From Eledone cirrhosa (Eukaryota), in assembly GCA_964016885.1 (NCBI GenBank), contig OZ024741.1:166594001-166658000 (forward strand): 64,000 nt of DNA. Direction: 5' to 3'. Of the stretch, positions 1-12,230 are shown in pieces. Within the stretch, counting starts at the first letter, position 1, and each line of letters begins with the position of its first letter. Position numbers and translations under genes: made by a program. Below the pieces are notes generated by a model that made no database searches, had not been told where the DNA came from, and was given only the letters and a program-made list of their open reading frames with translations.

Positions 1-195
1 GTATTTTGTTAGAGGTGCCTACTGACTGTAGTAGGTTTCACTTTGCACTTAGGTAAGGCGGGTCTTCTGTATAACTGTGTAGCGCCAAAGATCTCGGTCC
101 AATGAGATTGTCTTGGAGAGGTGTAAGTGTGTGAGGTCGGAATTTATCAAGTTGTCCCAGGTTTTTCTGGGTCTGCCTACTCCGTGGCTACCGTC

Positions 196-202
<7 letters not shown>
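1..202 (-). mobile_element. RTE LINE 3' fragment (partial)
   Basis: Near-identical to 860-1060 and to the reverse complement of 34625-34830. Confidence 0.8.
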
Positions 203-228
<26 letters not shown>

Positions 229-468
229 TATGAAGTGAAATGATAGGAGGCCAAATATGTTGAATTTCCTTAATTTTTTATTACTGTAAACACTTCATAA
301 TACATTTACTCCATTCCTGCACCACCAACATGATTTAACATTGAAGATAGATGAGTTGCATTACGTTGAGTGCTTTTCTCAAATTATGTCATGATTAACA
401 TTGCAGAATGACCAATTCTACCCAGTAGTAAACCACAAAATTTTAACGTATATATATATATATATATT

Positions 469-1285
469 CATCATCATCATCTTCGTTTAACATCCATCTT
501 CCACGCTAGCATGGGTTAGATGGGAATTGTCCCACTTGAGGCAAGGTTAGTCGGGTGACCGTGTCTCGCTCATATAGGACTATCTGGCAGCTTTTCTACA
601 GCTGGATGCCCTTCCTAACACCAACCACATTTACAGTGTGGAACTGGGAACTTTTTACCATGTTACCTACACGACCACATTAGAGCGTGGATGGTGTGTT
701 TTTTTGTCGTGACACCTACACGGCCACATTACAGTGTGGACGGTGTGTTTTTTTGTTGTGATAGTTACACGATCTCGATCTCATCTTATTTATTTGGACT
801 GGATGTTGTGATACCAACTTTACAGAGAAAGGGTGGTGTTGGCGGGAGTGGGGGGTGTATATTTGGTTAAGAGGTGTCTACTGACTGTAGGTTTCGCTTT
901 GTACATAGACAAGGCAGGTCTTCTGTATTACTGCGTAGTGCCAAAGATCTCGGTCCAGTGACATTGTCTTAGAGAGGTGCAAGTGTGTAAGGTCGGAATT
1001 TATCAAATCGTCCCAGGTTTTTCTGGGTCTACCTACTCCGTAACTACCATCAATTTTTATTGCCCTGCACTTTTTTATACAGCTGTCGTCTTTCATGCAC
1101 ATCACGTAACCATACCAACGTAGTCTTCTCTCAAGTAAACAGCATCTGTTCCCTCTTATTCCTAATTTCTCACTTAGTTCATTTATGATTTGCCATTCAC
1201 CTATATTACTATTACACATCCAATGGAGCATGCATGCTTCGTTCCTTTCCAGTCTGCGCAGGTCCTCTGCACACAATGCCCATGT
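469..1285 (-). mobile_element. RTE LINE 3' end with 3' UTR and (GAT)n tail
   Basis: RRLRWYGYVMCM...GRPRKTWDD. Reverse complement of 34408-35168. Confidence 0.88.
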
Positions 1286-1361
1286 ATATATATATATATA
1301 TATATAATGTAGGTAATCCAGTGAATTACCAAAAACAAGTACTCTATGCACAGGCAAAGTG

Positions 1362-1660
1362 TATATATTAGAAAAACCGAGGAAGTTTTATTTACATGCG
1401 TTTTGAGGATTGGCTCAAGATCACCCATAAGAGTTATTGACCTGACTCCATTATCGATCTGCTCTTCAGACTGATGATGCGACAGAAGAGAACACTATAT
1501 TTTTTTTCGCATATTGCCAGTCTGAAGAGCAGATCGATAATGGAGTCAGGTCCGTAACTCCTATGGGTGACCAATCCTCTACAAAATATATGTAACAGGT
1601 TGATAAACTATAAAAATCTTATACATGTAAACAAAACTTTCTCATTTTTTCTAATATATA
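1362..1660. repeat. Fold-back element with a perfect ~35-bp core arm
   Basis: GACCTGACTCCATTATCGATCTGCTCTTCAGACTG / CAGTCTGAAGAGCAGATCGATAATGGAGTCAGGTC, extending imperfectly out to (TA)n on both sides. Confidence 0.88.
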
Positions 1661-1694
1661 TATATATATATTTACTTATTTATTTATATATTAC

Positions 1695-1828
1695 CTCAAT
1701 TCTAATATCCTCTTCAGGCTTCCGTCTAAAGAATGTTGCCCGGCTATTCCAACGGAAGTTTTCAACTGCATTAATGATGGGGGTTTTCTGCTTCTTTTTC
1801 TCACATATTACTACACAATATACTTTAT
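1695..1828 (-). CDS. CAPN5: Calpain exon 11 (HKVYCVVICEKKKQKTPIINAVENFRWNSRATFFRRKPEEDIRIE), C2/domain T
   Basis: ttgcag acceptor, GAG|gtaata donor. Resembles the CAPN5 C2 pattern YVxIxCE...FYRK...IxV. The last exon was not found in the window. Confidence 0.85.
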
Positions 1829-2162
1829 CTGCAACAGATATTTACATAAAAAAGGTACAATGTCAGAACACATGGGGTGGCATGGGGGAATAAGACAGCC
1901 TGAAGAATATAGGCGTAATATACACACACATATATGCACACACATACACAAAAACATAAACACACACACAAAACAAACATACACACATACAATGTTTTTC
2001 TGTGTACAAAGAAAATAACAGCATGTTTATCACATTTGTTTAAATGTTCACAGTAATGTTTATAAGGTGTAGTTATATCTACATTAAATTTATCTCAGAT
2101 TTACTAAATGTGGGGTTTTATTTAAGAGAGAAAACATTCGAAATAATGTATGATTAACTTAC

Positions 2163-2275
2163 GGTGATGGTCGTCAGGAAAAAGCTGTTCTCCACGAAAT
2201 ACATTAATTGAAGAAGTACCCAAGTATTTTGATTTAAATAAGCCAGAGGTTTTAGGACCATCTTTTATGAGCTGT
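2163..2275 (-). CDS. CAPN5: Calpain exon 10 (QLIKDGPKTSGLFKSKYLGTSSINVFRGEQLFPDDHH), linker and C2 start
   Basis: ttgtag acceptor, C|gtaagt donor. Phases 2/1 bridge exons 9 and 11 exactly. Confidence 0.82.
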
Positions 2276-2380
2276 CTACAATAGAGATATGTATTTATAG
2301 TTTACAGATATGTATTTATAATATAGAAGTACCACATATACTCGAATATAAGCTGATCCTAATATAATTTCATTATTTTC

Positions 2381-2560
2381 ATTGGCAGTATCGGTAGAGG
2401 GTCGGACGCCATGCTTTGACGCAGAGTTACGGCCCTTGCCATTCTGAGTTCAAATCCCGCCGAGGTTAACTTTGCCTTTCCTCCTTACGGGGTCGATAAA
2501 ATAAAGTACCAGTAATGCACTCGGTAATCGCTGGCCTTGTGCCAAAAGTAGAAGCAATTA
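2381..2560 (+). mobile_element. tRNA-derived SINE family A (~185 bp, Meta-domain-like core)
   Basis: A box TGGCAGTATCGG, B box GAGTTCAAATCC, core GCCTTTCATCCTTACGGGGTCGATAAAATAAAGTACC. More than 15 copies in the window. Confidence 0.85.
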
Positions 2561-2576
2561 TTTTCATTATTATAAT

Positions 2577-2910
2577 GGAGGCACATGGCTTAGTGGTTAG
2601 AGCATTGGGCTTACGATAGTGAGGTTGTGAGTTCAATTCACAGATCAAGCTGTGTATTCTGTCCTGGAGCAAGACACGTTATTTCATGTTGCTCCAGTTC
2701 ACCCATCTGCAGAAATGAGTTGCAACATCACTGGTGCCAAGCTGTATAGTCCTGTGCCTGTTTCCCTTGGTCAACATCAGTGGAGAGGGGAGTCTGGTAT
2801 GCATGGGTGATTGCTGATCTTCCACAAACAACTCCCAGACTTGTACATGGGAGGGGAACTTTCTAGGTGCAAATCCCATGGTCATTCGTGACCAAAGGGG
2901 GGCTTTACAC
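2577..2910 (+). mobile_element. tRNA-derived SINE family B (CORE-like). Related copies: 15240-15450 -, 38583-38900 +, 47400-47750 -, 50965-51200 -.
   Basis: GGAGGCACATGGCTTAGTGGTTAGAGC...GAGTTCAATTC head and GAGCAAGACAC(T)TTATTTCAC core. Confidence 0.8.
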
Positions 2911-2929
2911 TTTTATATGTATTTATAAT

Positions 2930-4535
2930 ATAGATGTATGCATTTATAGTATAGATATATGTATTTATAGCATAGATATATGTATTTATAGCATAGATAT
3001 ATGTATTTATAGCATAGATATATGTATTTATAGCATAGATATATGTATTTATAGTATAGATATATGTATTTATAGTATAGATATATGTATTTATAGCATA
3101 GATATATGTATTTATAGCATAGATATATGTATATATAGCATAGATATATGTATTTATAGCATAGATATATATATTTATAGTATAGATATATATATATATA
3201 GCATAGATATATGTATTTATAGCATAGATATATGTATTTATAGCATAGATATATGTATTTATAGTATAGATATATGTATTTATAGCATAGATATATGTAT
3301 TTATAGCATAGATATATGTATTTATAGCATAGATATATGTATTTATAGTATAGATATATGTATTTATAGCATAGATATATGTATTTATAGCATAGATATA
3401 TGTATTTATAGCATAGATATATGTATTTATAGTATAGATATATATATATATAGCATAGATATATGTATTTATAGCATAGATATATGTATTTATAGCATAG
3501 ATATATATATATATAGCATAGATATATGTATTTATAGCATAGATATATGTATTTATAGTATAGATATATGTATTTATAGCATAGATATATGTATTTATAG
3601 TATAGATATATATATATATAGCATAGATATATGTATTTATAGCATAGATATATGTATTTATAGCATAGATATATATATATATAGCATAGATATATGTATT
3701 TATAGCATAGATATATGTATTTATAGCATAGATATATGTATTTATAGTATAGATATATGTATTTATAGCATAGATATATGTATTTATAGCATAGATATAT
3801 GTATTTATAGCATAGATATATGTATTTATAGTATAGATATATGTATTTATAGTATAGATATATATATATATAGCATAGATATATGTATTTATAGCATAGA
3901 TATATGTATTTATAGTATAGATATATGTATTTATAGCATAGATATATGTATTTGTAGTATAGATATATGTATTTATAGCATAGATATATGTATTTATAGT
4001 ATAGATATATATATATATATAGCATAGATATATGTATTTATAGTATAGATATATATATATATAGCATAGATATATGTATTTATAGCATAGATATATGTAT
4101 TTATAGTATAGATATATGTATTTATAGCATAGATATATGTATTTATAGTATAGATATATATATATATATAGCATAGATATATGTATTTATAGTATAGATA
4201 TATGTATTTATAGTATAGATATATGTATTTATAGCATAGATATATGTATTTATAGTATAGATATATGTATTTATAGCATAGATATATGTATTTATAGTAT
4301 AGATATATGTATTTATAGCATAGATATATGTATTTATAGTATAGATATATGTATTTATAGTATAGATATATGTATTTATAGTATAGATATATGTATTTAT
4401 AGCATAGATATATGTATTTATAGCATAGATATATATATATATATAGCATAGATATATGTATTTATAGCATAGATATATATATATATATAGCATAGATATA
4501 TGTATTTATAGTATAGATATATGTATTTATAGCAT
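2930..4535. repeat. 21-bp minisatellite (TAGATATATGTATTTATAG[C/T]A), ~76 units
   Basis: Direct inspection. It produces the spurious SIDICIY/YKYIYL ORFs. Confidence 0.97.
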
Positions 4536-4935
4536 ATATATATAAATGTTGCAAAGAATGCTGTCTGACACTTATGATCCTGCCATTCTGCCACCCTTAA
4601 TAATGTTTTCTAATGTTGACAGATGTCCAGTAATTTTGGCAATTACACCAATACCAGTACTTAACTGGTACTTTATTTTATCAATGCCAGAAGGATGAAA
4701 GATTTGAACACAGAATGTAAAAAACTGAAACAAATGCCACAAAGCAATTTCTCCATTTCAACTCTCTTATTAATAACTGCATTGTTTCTCTCCAGGGACT
4801 ATATTGAAAAATAAACCTCATTTGGTCATTCCATGAGAGTATCTTAGTCAGCCAATGAACTTTTCAACCAACCCTCGTAAATAATTTAAACAATAAAAAT
4901 ATTGAAAGTGCTGACAGTATATATTATATACCTTG

Positions 4936-5280
4936 GAGGCACATGGCTTAGTGGTTAGAGCATTGGCCTTGCAATCGAAAGGTTGTGAGTTCAATTCTCA
5001 GACCAGGTGATGTGTTGTTTCCTTGAGCAAGACACTTTATTTCACATTGCTCCAGTTTACTCAGCTGTAGAAATGAGATGATAGGGACTGGGGTCCATAT
5101 CATTCCACTGCAAAGTGGTCGTGGAGGTGCCACGGCAAAAAAGCACCCAGCACTCACTGTAAATGAGGTTGGTGTTAGGAAGGGCATCCAGCTGTAGAAA
5201 TCAAGCCAGAATCAGTTCCCGTCCCACCCTTGCAAGCAGGGAAAAAGCGGACGTAAAATGAAATGATGATGATGATGGTG
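4936..5280 (+). mobile_element. Family B SINE with RTE-like tail and TSD ACCTTG
   Basis: ACCTTG at 4930 and 5281. The empty site is present in the paralogous segment at ~23755. A near-identical inverted copy lies at 49905-50247. Confidence 0.88.
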
Positions 5281-5528
5281 ACCTTGAAGTTGTCTAGCAA
5301 GCACAAAGTGTTACACTTTAAATGGCCTATATAAAATGTTTCCCATAAAAATCGTGGATTTTATAAAAGCTTATATGTTCCTAAGGTCACCATTAAAACT
5401 TGTATTAATGTTAGGGTTTACAATATATTTAAAAAAATAAATAAATGAATAAAGTTATTTTAATAATGATTATCATAAATGGTAAAATTAAATAAATTAA
5501 ATGTTAGAAATATATTTAAGAAAACAAA

Positions 5529-5736
5529 TTAACCCTTTAGCATTTAAACTGGCCATATCAGGCCAGAATTCTCACACCTCTTTCTGTTCAAACTGGCCAT
5601 AAATGGTTGCTTATACTTATGTTAAGGTATTGTTCTCAAAATAAATAATATCAAAATCTCGTAGATTCGATATTATGTGAAATAAAGTGTTTACTGTGAA
5701 AATATATAGAGAGTAATGTAAATGATAAAGGGTTAA
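5529..5736. mobile_element. piggyBac-type TTAA MITE (~210 bp), family copy 1
   Basis: TTAA-CCCTTTAGCATTTA ... TAAATGATAAAGGG-TTAA. Seven copies in the window. Confidence 0.8.
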
Positions 5737-5814
5737 TGATTCTGCACATCCACTTCTCAACACAACAATAATGATAATAGCAACAAAAATAATCATAGTA
5801 AAAGTAAAATTTAC

Positions 5815-6014
5815 TTTGACTTAAAGTTCAAAGCAGCATAAATACGTAATAAGAAGTCACCAGTTATCCCTGCATTAAATGTTGATGGTATGATACAATA
5901 GATTCCTTTTTTAAGTAATACTCTTGCAAATACTCCTCTAGCATTAGAAAATGGACCTGAGTGTACTTTATCATACTGTATGTTGTGTACTCTATATTTC
6001 TGGTCGATATCAGC
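5815..6014 (-). CDS. CAPN5: Calpain exon 9 (ADIDQKYRVH...FSNARGVFARVLLKKGIYCIIPSTFNAGITGDFLLRIY...)
   Basis: Domain III GxYxIIPSTF...GxFLLRIY motif. ttctag acceptor, AA|gtaaa donor. Confidence 0.93.
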
Positions 6015-6826
6015 CTAGAATTAGTTTTTTTTTTAAATACAAAAAGAAAAGTTAATAATAATACTGAATATCAATAGTAATGTTTTTCTTTTAAAAAATC
6101 CTGAAAAAAAAGTTTCAGAAATTTAGCAGATAAATAAAAATAATAATAATGGTTTCTGATTTAGGCACAAGGCCAACAATTTTCGGAGAGGGGAAAAATT
6201 AATTAAATCGACCCCAGTGAATTACCAGTTCTTTATTTTTATCAACCCTGTAAGGATGAAAAGCTAAGCTAACCTCGGTGGGATTTGAACTCAAAACTTA
6301 AAGGGTCGTTATTCTATGTCACGAAGCTTGTTGTCCGACACTCTACCAATACTGCCAATCTAATAATAATAATTGTTTCTAACATAGGCACAAAACTAGA
6401 AATTGCAGGAAGGAGATTAATTAATTAAATCTAGTCCAGTTGCAGATGATCAATGCAAATTGACAATGGAAAGGTGCTCCCGCTTGAGTTAGAAGAGAAC
6501 TATTGACCTTCAGGAGAAGCAGCGACCCCTGATTGTATTCAGCAACCAAAACAAATATGAAGTACACCAAATCCAATGCTCCTAGGGACAGCTCTGGTTC
6601 TTCTTATTTGCGAGTGTAAACTCGGCCAGATTAGATTAGTCAAGTTTGTGACTGGAACGTTATTCTATTGTCTTTGAACGGATAACAGCAAAGTTGACTT
6701 TCCCCTCCCTCCATATTACTGGCCTTGTGGATGTGAACTCAGAATGTAAAGAACCAGCACAAATGCTACAAAAGGTATTGTCTAATGCTCTAATGGTTCT
6801 GGCAATCCACTGCCCTAATAAATAGA

Positions 6827-7013
6827 TAATTGTTTCTACTTTAGGCACAAGGCCAGCAATTACCCAGTACATTACTGGTACTTTATTTTATCGACCCCGT
6901 AAGGATGAAAGGCAAAGTCAACCTCGGCGGGATTTGAACTCAGATCGTAAAGGGACGTAACTATGCTGGAAAGCATGGCGTCCGACCCTCTACTGATACT
7001 GCCAATCCACCAC
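6827..7013 (-). mobile_element. SINE family A (diverged copies also at 6146-6361 and 6700-6815)
   Basis: Reverse complement of the consensus. Confidence 0.85.
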
Positions 7014-7770
7014 CCTAATAAATAGATAATGTCTGACAAATTTATGATATGTAATGTACTGACTGTATAACTGTGTGTTTCCAGTTTATAATAGGTACAA
7101 TAGGTACACTGATCTGTGTGCATCATTAGAGGTGACTGAAAGTATTAATGCCAGAAAAGGCATCCAGCTGTAAAATACTGCCTTAACCCTTTACCATTTA
7201 CATTACTCTATATTTTCTATTGTATTTTCACAGTAAAGGCTTTATCTTACACTAGCAGAGGTACCCGGCGTTGCTCGGTATAACTCTCAATGGAGTAGTC
7301 GTTCAAAGGAACCGAAAGACTTCTGTTAAACACGACTATAGAAGTAACAATTTATAGGTGTTGGTTCTAAAGAGGGCCTTTGAACGTTCACTTTGAAATA
7401 TCTCTGCGGCGGTGCTGCCAGCAAAGACGAATCCGATGGTAACAATTTAAACTTGTAAAAAGCATGTAACAGTTGGTGGCCACAAAAACGGCCTTGGCAA
7501 GATGACGCTGAAATGTCAAAAAAATGTGTAAATAAGATGTAAGGAAAAGTAGATTAATTAGGTTAAAACTACGGAACATCGATAGCAAAGCGTAATAGCA
7601 ACATATAAATGCGGAAAACGGAGACATTGAACATTTATAACGTATAGCAAAAGCAACCACAGAGGCGTACGTGGTATTGTCAAAAGGACAAAAATAACAC
7701 ACGGATACAGCAAATGTAAGCACTTATACAAAAAAAAAAAACACTGATTACTTGTTGGCAGATGGGGTGC

Positions 7771-10700
7771 CTACAAAACTTCCTTATAGACTATATTTTG
7801 AGTTTTCTCACGGGTTGCAAAAGCAAATAGGTTATGTCGGCTCCCCACTCAATAGCAGCCAACATATGACCATGGGAGAAGCACGGTTCTTCTAAACTAA
7901 GCCCTACGACCGTCAGCGTCTGACCCTGTGATTTGTTAATCGGCATGGCGAAACTAAGCCGGAGAGGGAATTGCAGCCTTCTCAATGTGAAAGGAATGTC
8001 TTTACCGGATGGAATATGAGGTATCCTTGGTATGAAGAGAGTATCCCCCTTACCACATCCTGTAAGTATTGTTGCCAAAAATACATGAGGCATCGCCTTT
8101 TGGACAATCAGATGCGTGCTGTTGGAAAGCCTTCGGGGTTCCAAATTCCTGAGGAGCATGACAAGGCACCTTTCTTAAGTCGCAGTAAGTGTGGTGGCAA
8201 TCCGGGAGGGTCTAGGGAATTAAGAAATTCTGTGGGGCAATTAACAACTTCGTCCAGATCAGCCATAGAGTCAAGGGACTTGTAGACATGCAGGTTTCCA
8301 GGCAAGCACAGCATGAGCTGTTCATTGATGTTTCCAACTATGTGGTTTTTCAAAGCCAATATTGTGCATTCACACAACCACTCTTGATTTGTGTAGTTCT
8401 CCTCAAGATTAGGAAAAACAGATGTCCGTAACTCAGCAATTGACTTAACGCATTTGCAAATCCCTGCACCATCTCCGTCGAATGGGACTTTGCCATCTTC
8501 CAACGACAAAATGGCAGCAGCAAAACCCGCTGATGTCTCATCACCTTGCAGTTGTGCTCTCGTTTGTTGTAAGCATCAGCTTTCTTACATAACGCCAAAG
8601 TGGGGAAGCATGCACCAACCTCATCAGCCAGTGTACCTTTTGGGATTACAGGCAGAGTCTGTCGGAAGACCCCAGATAACAGGAAAGTGACACCTCCCAT
8701 TGGTTCTTGACAGACCCTCATGTCTCTGAGTGACCGGTCTAATGCCTCAAAAGCTGCCTTGTGGGCCATTGTGCATTCATCCCAAACAATTAGTAGGCAG
8801 CGCTTTAACACCAGTGCTTTTCCGGAAGACTTGCTGATGTTGCACGTGGGTGTCTCAGATGATGCTATGTTGAGAGGAAGACTGAAGGGAGAATGGGCCA
8901 TCCTGCCACCAGACAGCAAAGTTGCTGCAATGCCGGAAGAAACAACGGCCAATGTGATGTTTCCGTACTGCCTCACTGCAGCGAGTAAAGGTTTGATTAC
9001 AAATGTTTTGCCCGTGCCTCCAGGAAGGAATCAATGACAATGTTGTAGGCTTGTTTTTGATCCATTAGAAGTTTTGGTTCATTTTCTTCAACATACCTTT
9101 TGAGTTCGTCGACATCATATGACATTCCACGTATAATGACGTTGGGAATGTCAGATGGCGCATCTCAAAATGTTTGCGGAAGCCCATATTTCTCCAAGAC
9201 ATTTCCGCCCATTGAAGCCACTCTGTCTTCAATATCAATCAGAGCTCTGTTATATATAGAGTCTGAAAAGCCAACATCTGAGTTTGGAGATTGCAATTGA
9301 GCAAGATGCCTATATTCATCTGCGAAATCATCTTTAAACTTTTGCCATAAAGAGTAAGGATCGTTCAATTCACAGACGTGCAAGAGGATAGCAAAAAGTG
9401 CCCTTAGACTACGGGATGATTGTGAGATGGCAGCTTCCGTCAAGGTTGCATCCCATTGTCCGTCATCTTCTAAAAGTCCACACCTCAAGCAGGCTTCCCT
9501 GTACGTTCCGCAGGTGGATCCATCGATGGTTCTCAGATGAGTGAAGCCAGTCGGCCCTCTCACCTCATGAAGCAGAAGTCGCAGGTAGAAGCATTAGTGT
9601 TGGGTAGGGTGGACCGTATAAACTCGCCCAAGGCAATTGTCGAATTTGATGCCTGGATGTCCAACCACCTCTTGCCCTACCTTCTTCGTAGCCATTTTGC
9701 CCGGTTCCATGTATAGTAAGACAGTATTTCAGAATACAACAGAGTTCGAGCAAAGTCATCGTGTTGACAAAGTTTGCAAAAAGCAGTGAGTGTAGTTTCC
9801 TTTGGTGAACTCGCTAGCTGAGCAGCTATTGCATCGTTGAAATACACCCATTGACCGTTTTCAAGGTGAATGGCAAGTTGTTTAACGACGGGGTGTCATT
9901 GGTGCAGTGGGAAGCCAGAAATGCGCCAAAAGGCTTCATTGCTGCTAATGTATCAGCCTGCTTGGTAGTCAGATACCTCGTCTCTACTGTTTTCATGACG
10001 AAGACTAAAGACGGCAGCATCCGATCCCTTGTTTACGTACTTACAAACATATTTAATTGATTTTACTGAGTTGCAAAATTCGACGTTTATATGGGCGTTG
10101 AATGCTTTCAAGAGGAGGGGGCAATATGGCACTATCCAGCTGTTGTCGATTTTGCGTTCGCCAACTTTTGCTGTGAACCCACCGTCTTCAGGTCTCCTGC
10201 GCCTATACAACGGTATCTGTCACCGCCAGTCTGTAAAAACGGCCTGGGATATCGTTTTGTACACTTTCTGTAATGTATGGGACTTTATATTGAGTCCATG
10301 TCTGCAAGGACCATGGACCATTTTTGATGTGACTATAGAGAAGAGGTCCTTGTCAATCGATGGACCAGGTAGTTCGGCAGAAATGAATTTGACAATGTAG
10401 TTTGAACTAATTTTTGTAACTAACCAAATCAAGATATGGGATTGTGGCAGCCCTCGTTTCTGCCATTCAACCGTGTACATGTCGCACCTGACAGGCCCAA
10501 AAACCTGTCCTTTCTTTAATAAATCCATTAATTTGGATGATTTCAGGCGAAACACTCTTGCTATGAGATCGTGCCTGTGTCTTGGCGCTTGACCATGGAG
10601 CAGTTTGTTTGTAATCTCCTTCCACTTGGGATTGCATGTAAACGTTATGAGAAGGTCGGGGCGCCCATAATGTTGTATGTAAGTCATGGCATCCTGAGTT

Positions 10701-12230
10701 CTCTCGTGCATGTATCGGGGTCCCCCTGTGAACGTTGGAGGCAAAATACACACTTGCCCTAAATTGTCTGGGGATACGTCGTTGTTAATTCTATTTCGTA
10801 GATGAATGTAGCATTCAGATCGAAGTTTCTTTTGATTTAATTTAATGAACCATAATCTTAACGGCCATATCAACAGCAAATTGTTGGAAAAGGTCCCGAG
10901 AACGGTGTAGATGGTTGAATGAATTGTCCCTTACCATAAATCGGAAAGCATAGAAATCCATGCAGGTGACAGTTTTGTTAAGATGTGCCTCACCATTGCC
11001 TGCTGAATGTTGAGGAATGCCGAAATGGTATCCATCCTCACTGTTGACAAATAGCAATGGATACTGGAGTGCATCGTAGGGCCTGTGTGTCTCATTGATA
11101 CGCTGTAATGTGCTGTCTCGGTGCTGTTCACCACAAATAACCGCAGCAATCTCATTACATGTTGGTGCGTTGAACCAACCAGCGTGTTCTCCAGATGGCC
11201 TTTGGTCAGCATTTATGACCACACTAAAGTTTGGGTCAGTGGCTGTTTCCAAAGTGTACTTGAAACTGCGAACATAGCTGTTTTTGTCATGAAGCATTTC
11301 TTGAAGTTTTATTATGGTTCCAATGTTAGTTTCGGACGAAATAGAGTTTCACATCTCTGCCTGCTCCAGATAGTTTCCAACGAAGTATAACTGAAGAAAT
11401 TGAGGATTCTTTTCTGCCAGAGGCTGAATAGACCCAATCAAGTGGTAGATCTGCCCCTAGACCTTGAAAGTTGGCATGAACCCATGTTCCAAGGCAAGCT
11501 TTGCTCCGAAGGATGTCATCTGAAACGCGGAATTGTAGCGGCGGATATTATGCAGAAACTTCAATGATTCCTCCGTCATGTCTGTCAAAAGGAGTTGCAA
11601 TGTCTCTGGAGGGTCGTGAATAGGAGGTAGTCTAACTTTACCGTTTGAACAGCACATTCCATCTCTCTCCCTGGCCACTTTTTCGTACGACAAAACTGGC
11701 AAGTAGAGGGCATTTCCCCAATTTGAATATCTGCATGGACGGCGTAGTTGGAGGAGGGGTCGTAGTTAAAAGCCTTCAACAACCATCATGAATTGCAAGT
11801 CCTAGAAATGCCACGCAACTATGATTGCCGCTGTTCACTTTGCAGAAGTCGGCCATGTCGTTGCTCTATAGTTTCAGTATTTCGTGCAGCAGCAGTGGCA
11901 GCAGTGGCAGCAGTGGCTTCGTCAAATGGCATGTCATCCATCATCCTCTCGAGCGCAAGCAGCGCTGTTGCAGCAGCCATTCCTGCTTCGTCGAATGGCA
12001 TGTCGTCCATCATCCTCTTGAGTGCGAGCAGCAGCAGTCGCGGCAACATCTTTGTTCCGTCGAAGTTCACGCCGACTGTCATCCTCCTCCACTCTTGCAG
12101 CTGCCGCCTGCACAGCATTCTGTGAGAGCCTGATCGCAGTCCCATTTACATTTTCGGTGAGATGCCTTCCCTTAGACCTACTTGCATCATTAGATAATCG
12201 ACCAATGAAAGTTCTTTTCTTGGGGGACAT
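7771..12230 (-). pseudogene. Helitron 1 RepHel (HUH endonuclease + PIF1 helicase), multiply frameshifted
   Basis: Fragments carry GRPDLLITFTCNPKW, VEWQKRGLPQSH, KYVCKYVNKG, PGGTGKTF, SSGIAATLL, WDECTM and QFPLRLSFAMPINKSQGQT. Ends KTQNIVYKEVL*. Confidence 0.95.

Noticed and set aside
240-440. Possible terminal calpain exon
   Set aside because: No acceptor followed by a VWN...DxFLG-like frame was found on the minus strand. The exon is probably outside the window.
2381-2650. tRNA genes
   Set aside because: The A/B boxes belong to multicopy SINE heads. No complete cloverleaf is evident.
2867-4493. Long ORFs of 116-430 aa (SIDICIY/YKYIYL repeats)
   Set aside because: Translations of a stop-free 21-bp minisatellite on both strands.
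7771-12230. Host PIF1 helicase gene or domesticated Helitron
   Set aside because: Many stops and frameshifts, fused to Rep motifs, bounded by Helitron termini. The same applies to 57584-61993.
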